DNA of 64,000 bases from Neoechinorhynchus agilis (Eukaryota > Animalia > Acanthocephala): contig CM121342.1 in the NCBI GenBank assembly GCA_051530055.1, positions 11,733,480 to 11,797,479 of the forward strand. The letters run 5' to 3'. The translations under genes were made by a program, and so were the position numbers. The notes under the pieces were generated by a model. The model was not told where the DNA came from. It saw only the letters and a list, made by a program, of their open reading frames with translations, and searched no databases. Within the stretch, counting starts at the first letter, position 1. Each line of letters starts with the position of its first letter. This document shows positions 38,260 through 48,084 of the stretch, one piece after another.

Positions 38260-38739
38260 TCATTTCCTCGGCCTTCCTCGTCGGCAATTTCCCGTTATTC
38301 CCAGTCTCTCCGTGCTGCACAGTATGTGATCTGCTTCGCACTTCGAAACTTTATCGTGCCAGCGCAACCTTCTTTGGACGATCAACTCTGAACAGCGGCA
38401 AGTGCCGAACAGCTCCCCCTCAAGAGTGTGCCCTGCTGCACATCTCAGCATCCTCATCCCAATCATTTCTAATCTTCTGAGGTCGTTTTGCTTGGTCGTC
38501 CACGTTTTTGCGCCATATAACATAGCTGGTTGCACCACGGTCTCGAACACAAGCCGTTTCAGTTTCGGTGAGATCCTTTGGTCGCATAATACACTAGACA
38601 TCTTCCTACAGTTGAGCCACCCGCTTTGTATACGAGCAGTTATTTCGGGTTCGAGCGAATTTGTCATATTTACTTCGCTGCCTAGATATTTCACTGTTCT
38701 TCTCACTTGGTTTACCCCCTTCAACAGCGATTGAGCCAT
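38260..38739 (-). mobile_element. RTE-clade LINE, C-terminal RT fragment
   Basis: VKYLGS ... EITARIQSGW ... VQPAMLYGAKTW ... RRLRW ... RGRPRK. Confidence 0.85.
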
Positions 38740-38849
38740 CCTTCCCGGGTACTCTTCCTTCCATACATACCGCGATGACCGTCCAGGAGGGCATCAGTCA
38801 CCATCCACACCTGAAACTTTTGCCAACTCGCCAATACCCCCCTTAGTAT

Positions 38850-39570
38850 CATCATATGAAGTTCTAAAGTATCTCATGAAATTACCTAAAAATTCGTCCT
38901 CTCAATCCGAAATCCCAAACTGGGCTCTTCGCTGCATCATCCCTGAACCTCTCGACTTTCTTACTCACATTATAAACCTCAGATTTTTATATGGCATCTA
39001 CCCTTCTTGCTTGAAAACTGCCAAAGCTATACTCGTTCCAAAAAGAGGGCATCCTATTTCGGCCGAATCATTCCATCCAATTTCCATTATACCAGCTCTT
39101 TCTAAAGTCATCGAAAAATGTTTTAAATCTCGTCTTCTTTCACTTCATGAAAAATTATCGCCCGTACAAATTGGTTTCTGACCCAGATTTTCTGCAACCG
39201 ATGCCCTACGGTGCATTTATGACAGGCTTCTACGTAACCTCGACAATAATCCGTTCTTCGTCACCCGTCTCATGCAACTTGATTTATCTAAAGCTTTCGT
39301 CTTAGTGGATCATTCACTCCCTCTCCGGGCTTGCTCCGGTTTTGGTCTCAACTTGTGGCAGATCCACTGGCTTAAATCTTATCTTCACAATCGCAGACAA
39401 TACACTCATTGCCCTCACCAAAGGCGTACCTCAAGGTGCTGTTCTGTCACATCTTCTTTTTAATATTTTTCTAAACAACCTCTCTCCTCTCACTCTTCTT
39501 ATACGCCGACGATATCACCCTCATCACTCATTCACCACCCCACCTCTCCTTTTCCTTAACCTCTAAAGAA
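38850..39570 (+). mobile_element. Degenerate CR1/L2/Jockey-group RT fragment
   Basis: LTHIINL..GIYPSCLKTAK..VPK ... PISIIPALSKVIEK ... Q.GF ... DLSKAF..VDH ... GVPQGAVLS.LLFNIF across frameshifts. Confidence 0.85.
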
Positions 39571-39619
39571 ATCACACACATAAAAGGTTTCTGCACCAAT
39601 CATAAAAACTCCATCTCAA

Positions 39620-39720
39620 TTTTAGGTGATCGCAATCAAAGGTCATACCTAATTCAAAAAATCAGCATGGCCATACAACGAGGGAATACGGCCAGCGTCA
39701 GAGGCACGGCTCCCTCGTGT
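39620..39720 (+). mobile_element. Short CRE-clade 3' tip
   Basis: RSYLIQKISMAIQRGNTASVRGT. Confidence 0.65.
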
Positions 39721-39829
39721 GGAGTCGAAAAATGCAAAATTAACAACTGACGATTCTTCTAAAAAATCTATTACTGAAAAGATGACTAAATGAACATGAT
39801 TAATAAACTACAGCTGTATTCCGTATAAG

Positions 39830-40640
39830 AAATTATTTACCGTGTGAATGTCGGTATGTTAGTACGCACCGGGCTATAGGATTAGAGAATTATTATTTAG
39901 AATTATTCAACCGGTAAATTTTTTTGTTAAAAACGTTCTGCGAACCTTGTAAGGGGTTTATCACAAGTTTGTTAGTTATTAAAAGACGATCGAAAATTGA
40001 CGATGAACACGACGAGGTTCGCAAAACGTTCTTAATACGAAATTATTTACCGTGTGAATGTCGGTATGTTACTAGGTACCGGTCTACAGGACTAGAGAAT
40101 TATTATTTAGAATTAATCAACCGGTAAATAATTTTTTATTGAAAACGTCCTGCGAACCTTCAAGGGGTTCATTATCAGTTTATTGGCGATTAAAACACGC
40201 TCGAAAATTGATGATGAACCCCTTACGAGGTTCACAGAACGTCATTAATAAAGTATAATTTACCGGGTGAAGACTTCTAAATAATAATTCTCTAATCATA
40301 TAACCCGGTACCTCTTTACATGCCGACATTCACACGGTAAACAATCCTTTATCAAAGACGTTCTGCGAACCTCGTCGCGTTCATCATCCGTTCTTGAGCG
40401 TCTTTTAATAATCAACAAACTGATGATGAATCCCTTACGAGGATCGCATAACGTTTTTTATAAAGAATTATTTACCGGTTGAATACTTCTAAATGGCATT
40501 TCTCTAATTAGCCCGGTACCTACTCACATACCGACATTCACACGGCAAATATTTTTTTATTAAGAACGTTCTGCTAACCTCGTCGCGTTAATCATCAACT
40601 TTTTGAGCGTCTTTTAATGATTAACAAACTGATGATTAAC
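39830..40640. repeat. Family B array: about 210-bp units, two forward then two inverted (foldback)
   Basis: tttaccgtgtgaatgtcgg near 39835 and 40045; reverse complement ccgacattcacacgg near 40325 and 40530. Confidence 0.85.
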
Positions 40641-41242
40641 CCCTTACGAGGTTCCGCGCCCGTTTGTTCCTTCATTTTGCGGAACTTCACATAAATAAAG
40701 CTCGTCGTTATTACTTCGCCGAATCCCTTGGAGGCCTCTTCAAAATAAATATTGTTGTCAACTAATGGAACTCCTAATATTGTGATGGAGCGTGTAATTT
40801 ATAAGAAAATTAGGTGTGGTCGATATAATACCTAAGTACCAAAGTTATAGATTTGAATATTATTCGTTCTTGAGAGAATCCAAATGTACACGACAAAGTC
40901 TATGGACATAATTCTTGAGCGAATGCGACTTCTTTTGAGTACAATGAACAAACTAATGTGTTCGCCGATTTGCTTTTTTTCGTGTTTTTGTACAAGCGAA
41001 GATCAAAAGGAGATTTTAATTCGATAAATAAAAAGTCGGTTTCTATTTTTTAATAAACAAGATCTTTGTTAGATTCCCCGTTTTAAAGTGAACGAAGATC
41101 TATGGAAAGTAGCGATCGATAGCTTTCAAGACAAATTCTTATCAGTCGGAAAGAAATATAAAACAGACATTAGAGGACTAAAATATTCCTTTGATTTTTT
41201 TGCGATAACATTGATTGTGGAATTCCTTTTAAATTTATAGAA

Positions 41243-42408
41243 ATGGTGTTATTAACTCTTCGATTCCTGCCAACAATTCAGCGCCGTTCTTATAACTATT
41301 TGAGGATTCACACAGTTTTCCATGAAAGACTCAAACGCGGACAAATGACTCGTCTTCACGATGATTTCTGGGTAAAACGCCGTGGTGGTGGATGGGATAT
41401 GCACTTGACTCGATCCAATCGAGCTTTCGTATCTGATATGATATCTTCCAAATTCACTCAAGATGAAAATAGTCCTTTAAAACTAAGTCCCTGGCTTAGC
41501 AAGCCGTTCACATTGAATCCACCAACGCGAAGATGCGGTGTATTGGCGCTTAAAATCGGTTCGATTCCTCAGTGGACTAAAAATGGCAAGAAGATTTTTG
41601 TTACAATGCTTCAAGTTCTCGATAACCATGTCATCAATTACGTTTCTCCTGAAGAAATTGAGGCCCGTGGAAAGCCCAAATTGTGGACGGTATCCAAACA
41701 AGGGTGGAAATCGGAACAGCCGTATGGGATAATTGTGAATCGAATGGACTTTCCGGTTGATTTTTCTTTAAGATAAGTCTTTTCTGGATAGTTGGTGCAT
41801 TATCTAGCGATCCTCGTCTTTACACTCGCGCTTATAATGGATTATTTGTTAAAGCGGGTACTCTTCCGAAACGTAAACTTACTCGGTTCATTGTTAGTCC
41901 TAACGCTGCAATTCAACCTGGAACACCATTGTACGCCTCACATTTCCGTGTTGGTGACTATGTTGACGTTCAAGCAAAAACGATTTTTTATGGATTTCAT
42001 GGAGTGATGAAGCGATATGGATTCAAATGTGGAAAAGGACGGAACGTGAAAAAATCTCATCGAAAGAGAGGATCGGTTAATAGTGGCCGAAAGAGAAGAA
42101 GGATTATGGCTGGAACCAAAATGCCGGGATTTATGGGAAATCGACCCAGAATGACTAAAGGTCTGCGGGTATGGCGAATAAACACCAAATATAATGTGAT
42201 TTATGTCAGTGGACCATCTATTCCGGGACCGATGCATTCCTATGTCCGTGTTCATGATACAACAATCGATAGAAAACTTGAACATTGGACCGAGAGCGAC
42301 CATCCACCAATGCCGACACACTATAGTCGAAATAAGCCGGATGACGACGAAGATCTTGTGGACGCAACATTGCATAGGTTCAGTGAGCCGAGTTTATCCT
42401 TCAAATAA
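41243..42408 (+). CDS. MRPL3: Mitochondrial ribosomal protein uL3m; exons about 41243-41730, 41790-42408
   Basis: RRCGVLALKIG..PQWTKNGKKIFVTMLQVLDNHV; VGA ... PKRKLTRF ... IQPGTPLYASHFRVGDYVDVQAKT ... GTKMPGFMG ... GLRVWRINTKYNVIYVSG; 56/59-nt non-canonical interruption. Confidence 0.95.
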
Positions 42409-42839
42409 AATGTTAAATCTCGTTCTCTTAAGAAAACAGTAAACGAAATGTCTTTTTTTTATTATTTTTCTGGGAAATTTGAAAGGATCAAATTAGTATA
42501 CGTAAGACAACAATGTCGGCATGTGAGGAGGTACCGGGTTATATGATTAGAGAATTATGATTTCGAAGTATTCAACCGGTAAATAATTCTTTATTAAAGA
42601 CCTTCGGCGATGCTCGTAAGGGATTCATCATCAGTTTGTTAGTTATTAAGAGACGCTCAAGAACGAATGATGAACGCGACGAGGTTCGCAGAATGTTTAA
42701 ATAGAAGAACAAAGTGTTTTAAAGTCGGGAATACTTGTCTCTACGAGAAACGCTTTCGCTGCTATGTTTGCTAACTTCAGCGATTACTCAGTTGGATGAA
42801 GCGGAGTTTGTAACATGAAATCTAAACTTTATCTCGAGA

Positions 42840-43244
42840 ATGCTACTTCTATTTCGAATACATTTCTTCGTTTACTTGCATATTTTAACCGGATTACCAG
42901 CAATTGATGTTCAATCTGACGTGGAACAAATTCAGTACAGTAGACAGTGTACCGATTATGAAGTGTTGAAAGAAAGTCTTGTGAATCCAACTATGAATGT
43001 TGACCGATGTGGCGATCCTCTTAGAATTACAAAAACATTTTGCCATCGAAGCAACTCTCCTCTTTATTTTTACGGCTTTTTATACCAAATCCAGAAATGT
43101 TTCGATGTAATGTACACCTACAGCCGAGGATGCAGAGATTATGTCGTGTATGTCCGCGATCCCTTGCAGGCTTCTCAAATTGCCAAAAAGTTGGGACGTA
43201 AGGAGCTTAGAATCAGTAGAAAACGATCATGTTTACCTCGTTGA
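42840..43244 (+). CDS. Small secreted Cys-containing orphan protein (134 aa)
   Basis: Hydrophobic N-terminus and six Cys; no family recognised. Confidence 0.5.
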   Translation: MLLLFRIHFFVYLHILTGLPAIDVQSDVEQIQYSRQCTDYEVLKESLVNPTMNVDRCGDPLRITKTFCHRSNSPLYFYGFLYQIQKCFDVMYTYSRGCRDYVVYVRDPLQASQIAKKLGRKELRISRKRSCLPR

Positions 43245-43774
43245 GGAAAATCGACTTTATTTATTGCTATTATTTCTTATTAAAAATATTAATTTCAAAA
43301 CGCTAATTTATACTAAAATGAGCGTTTTTTTGTGTGCGTTTGAGACTTTATATAGAAAAACAAAGTGTTTTGAAGTCTTTGACACTTGCCTCTATGAGAA
43401 GCACTCTCGCTAATATTTTTGCTATCTTTAACGGAGCGAAGTTTTTTACCAAGCTTTTTCAGTTGCAATACAATTATTGACAAACACGATTCTATCGTTT
43501 TCACAATTAAAATATTGTTTTTAATCTCAATTTAATAATATATTTTTCATCCATCGGGATTATGATCACCAAGTCGCTTTAATTAAGAAATGAATATTGT
43601 TTACATCTTTGGAAGAATATATAAGATCAGCCAATTTTGCCAAGCTGAAATACCCTCGCAGTAAGCAACATTCCCTACTCTCTCGAAATCCCTGGAGGTG
43701 CGGCCAGTGCAGCGGAACGGAGGAAGGTACGAAAATATAGGGATTTAGCAAGGGGTCACTATTTTGCCCCATTC

Positions 43775-43980
43775 GGAGTAGAGACGTATGGAGCGCTTGG
43801 CAGCTCGGCACTCACTCTGCTCCAGGATCTCTCGAAGAAATGGAGAGAAACGACCGGCGACGCACGAGCAGGTGTATTCCTGCGACAAAATATAGCGCTC
43901 GCAGTACAACGAGGCAATGCTGCAAGCGTGATAGCGACAGTCGAGGAAGGAGAGAAGCTAAGATTTTGCGGACGGTGGTG
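43775..43980 (+). mobile_element. CRE-clade non-LTR 3' end fragment
   Basis: FAPFGVETYGALG ... TTGDARAGVFLRQNIALAVQRGNAASV. Confidence 0.8.
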
Positions 43981-44779
43981 ATTGCACGTTTTGAACTTTA
44001 ATATATAAAATTTAATGTTTTTTCTTTAAAATGCTTCACATTTAACGATCAGATCTAAGGTTTAAGCGTGCGTGCTAAATCTGCACTTGAACGTGCGTTA
44101 ACAACCTTGATGAACGCGTACAAGATTATGCCTTTCGAAAACAATCGGAATCAATAAAACTACTTTAATTTTTAACGCCATATAAAAACATGAATATTTC
44201 AATCTTCAAACAGGCCGAAAATTCACAATATAATCGAATTTCTCAGTTCTTATTTTCTTCACCATATTTTATCAGGAAAATAACTTCTTAAGATAATGAA
44301 AGACCAAATCGCACAAAAAATAGTGAAGATATTCGGGTGTCATTGATGAACGTTTAGTGCAAAAAATGCCTTCACAAACCACAAATTAATTGATGCAAAC
44401 AGAAAAGGATAAAGCCCGGGCAGCTTATTTCGAATTTAGGGATATAATACATTGATACATTTAGGCAATTTTAACTACCGAGGAGTATATGATTAGAGTT
44501 AACCCAGTAGATAATTTCAAGTAGGCCTAAATAATACTGCGATTTTAACAGTTTAGAAGAGCATGCCAGTAATGGTGAAGGATTCGTAGATTTCGTGGTA
44601 GTTTATCCGCAATAGCTAACAAAGAACACATCGAATGAAGGAAAAGGTTGATCGAGGGACGATTAATCTGATGAGAGGATGATTGAAAATGGTTGAAACA
44701 TGTGAACCGACGAGAAAAAAACTTGGTTTTTTAAATTAATTGCCAGTTATATATATTGATTGTGCAAACCATCGGATAT

Positions 44780-47700
44780 TTATTGTTTATCTGCACTTTC
44801 ATCTCTTTTTTCTATCATATTCTTTAGCTCGTACAAATAATCTTCAAACTGATTAACGGTCATTCCGTTCAATGGATCAAGGCGTGCGAAATATTCCTAC
44901 ATGAAGATGAGCGGCTTTACGCTTTTCATAACGTAATGTTTAACCTGAATTTTATTGTGTTTTTTAAGGTTATACGGTGTACTCTGGAAAGTTCCAATAT
45001 TGTCTAGAAGAATAAGAAGTCTCCTTTGTTTTAAAATATTTATCAATCGAGGTTTTGGACTTGGTTGTTCAATGAAATCGGGATTTCCATCTTCTATCTT
45101 CAATACTTTCGTCAAATAATCGGCTGCAGAATAATGTTGCCCTGATGCGAACCAGAAAGTACTTACGGAGGAAAGGAATACACGGTGGTTCAACTGATTT
45201 TAGCATGTTCAAATAAGGACGGTAATGCCCGTCATCATAAAAGGCATCAAACATTGAAAGACGATCCTTTGTGTGCTCTGGAACTTTCTAAACGAACTCA
45301 GCTTTTATTTTTTTAATTAAGAAGAATACCTTCCACAAATGGTCCAGATTTCTAACGGCACTGAACCCGAGTCCACCAGACGTTAGCGAAAAGAAAGAAG
45401 AGAAATTACAGAGATCAAGACAAGCGGATGCCATATCAACGAAATGAACTATAAATTGAATTCGCTTTTGATCTGTCTCTGCTGCCATGATGACTTTACG
45501 AACCCAAAACGATGTCTTTTGTAAAGAATAAACGAATATTTAAAGAGTCCATAAATCACTCACTGAGTTCCATATACGGGTTAAATTTGTGATTACGGGT
45601 GCCACTTCTGATTTGTTCCTTCTTTGCCAGTTCTTGTGCAGTAGCTCATCAGCTGCGAGATCGCGAAACCAATCAAATTCATACAAGGTTATTTGTCTTG
45701 CCAGTTCAATTGGATGAATCTAAATATTAAGAATGAGGCATTCATTTTTTAAATATAGCTAAAGTTCGTTAGCTTCTATTAGAAGTCAACAGATTTTATT
45801 AATTATACATCACGAGAGCGTTTAGTACCAACGTTTTAAAATACTTTTTATGTTTAAAAATGATTATACAGACCGATCCATAGACGGAGAGCCAAAAAGG
45901 TATAACTACTTTTAATAAGAAAACTTACCAATAAGAGATCGTCATTATTATTGATGTCGTCACATCCAATAAATTCAAGTTCCGGAGGTGAGAGACTCCA
46001 AACATAAGAGGGAGCATACTCTCTATCAACATATTGATAATTTTCTCGTCGACCACTGATAATTTTCTTAAGGCTTCTGATATTTTCAATCAGCTCAATG
46101 GTTGCGAACTTTTGATTACATGCACCAACTTGATTGAGCCAGCATTGAAGATCTTTAAGGAATGTAGGTGATCGTTTTTCCATATTCAGAAAAAATCGAG
46201 TTAGCCAAAGCTTTATTAACCCGACAAGTCTCTGCTCAATCCGGTGCTGTTTCTTTAGATAATGGCAATAGTTAAATCGCTGCACTGTGAGTTCATCATC
46301 ACCTATTGACAAATTTCTTAAACGCGAGTGGCACTCACTTACAAGTTGGTCGAATTGTTTCTTCACTAAAATCACCATTTGCTCCACAGAAAGGAAGTTC
46401 CGATATGACAAGAGAAGAATGCTTTCTACTTCAAGAGACGGTCTCTTTCTTGTTAGGGCAATATCTATCAACCGTTCATAAGTGGCTGCTCTAATAACCG
46501 GCGAATAATCAACACTTGATTGTATCATTATACAGTCAATTGAATCTTGAATTTCATCGTCAATTTCACTCTCTTTGCTCGACATTTTCGGTTTGCGTAA
46601 ATTAAGCCCATATTTTAAAATTGTGACTTTCTTTAGATGAAACTAAAATGATCAACTTCGACTTCAAGTTCCTTAACTTTCTTCATCCATTGGCCCTTCT
46701 ATTATATAAAAAATCAGTCCATTATCTCACATTATTAAATGATGAATTTTAATTTATTGAACTTATTGCATCTTAACAGAGAACTATATTTTGCAGTATC
46801 GTTCAAATGTATAAATACTAGAATTGGATAAAGTGAATTTTCGCAAATATAAAAAAGATTCACGGAATCCAAACGAGAAAATCACAAAAAGCTCATAAGC
46901 GAACGATTTCTGTGATCCACGCGTTTCGTTCATTCACACTGTCCGCCAATAAGATCTGTGGTTTTTGTTTTGCGCACAATAGTGCAAATGGGAATTTATG
47001 AACAGTTGTAAGTATTGCAGGCATTTTATCGAAATCATCGGATATTGTAAGAGTTTTGATCGAAGCAGACCAATCTACCGTTTTGCTCAGTTTGTCTTTT
47101 TTTAATTGAAAGTTATCTTCACTCAGTGTACAGTAGACAGGTTCAGTCGCTGTCTGATGTGACAGTGAAAAGCGTGAGAGATAGCCAGAAAAAGGCTTAT
47201 CAGTATTACGATTAAGACTCGTCGCATAAATGTGATCCTTATGATTTGCGTCATCGATAAGATTAGCGATCTTTGTTAATTTTAGTATCAGACTCTTCAG
47301 TCTTCCAAAATCAATAGATTTCATCGCCGTACTAAGAAACGCGATGTAACTTTTGATTCGTATATACATCAGTTCTCTAGATTGTCTTGTACAATACGAG
47401 AACTGATGATTGAGTGATGCTCTTAGCCATGGATGGTATTAAATATCGAGTAATAAAATCGTTATCATGGCATCCACGCCAATCAGACTCTGAATACGAC
47501 AAATCAATAAAACATGCAAAATGTCCACAGTAGACCAAATCTTCAATAACATAAAAGAATTCTCCATCATCGTGTTTCAGAGTCTCAATCAAATCGTTAC
47601 TTATTGTTTGGATATTCGCAAGAGCTCGCCTATTGTTGTTTCTTAAATCTTTAAGGCTCAGTAAGAACTGAACGTCGGCGATTAGGGACTGTTGCTGCTC

Positions 47701-48084
47701 GATAAAAGCCGATTTCGCGTCGGGCGATTTGTCCGAGTCGATCATATTAGTTGGAATATCATCAATCGGATCGAACATTATTTGTCGAAGATTCGGATCT
47801 GCGAAAGTTGCGTTTTTAATATCAGAAATACTGACAGAAACACGATTTGGAATGGAAGCCATATATGCTGCCGTGAGACGGAAACATTCACGGAGGGTGC
47901 ATTCCAGAATGAGATAAATACATGAGCGAGTTGGTAATGCTGCATTCCCGGATGACGACGATGAACGCAGCCACTTGGTTGGGTTTAACTTTTTAATTTC
48001 ATTCGTCGAGTTAATCCAACTCTCAGAAATAAATTCTGATACCCTAAACGAGCACGCAAGAGGTGAATACGCGTAGAGATAAAA
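44780..48084 (-). CDS. SOS: Son of sevenless Ras GEF (histone fold-DH-PH-REM-CDC25); 5' end not resolved
   Basis: Histone-fold tail (CIYLILEC ... DIKNATFAD), DH, PH (LLADSVNERNAWITEI), REM (IRAATYERLI), CDC25 (HPIELARQITL, PPCIPFL, YLTKVLKIEDGNP). The 3' introns are GT-AG; the interruptions at 47362-47410 and 46601-46898 are non-canonical. Confidence 0.88.

Noticed and set aside
39830-40640. CRISPR-like array
   Set aside because: Eukaryotic context, long units, no unique spacers.
5718-47410. A single recent MITE/introner family as the source of the inserts
   Set aside because: The stem arms share no sequence between inserts and do not match the dispersed repeat families in the window.
5718-47410. 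A universal A..AT/AC boundary rule, or assignment to Fritillaria
   Set aside because: Several inserts fit an AT 3' end, but the best PCF11 model and the GPCR case do not, and AG/AC-AG/AT is not dominant among the anchored cases.
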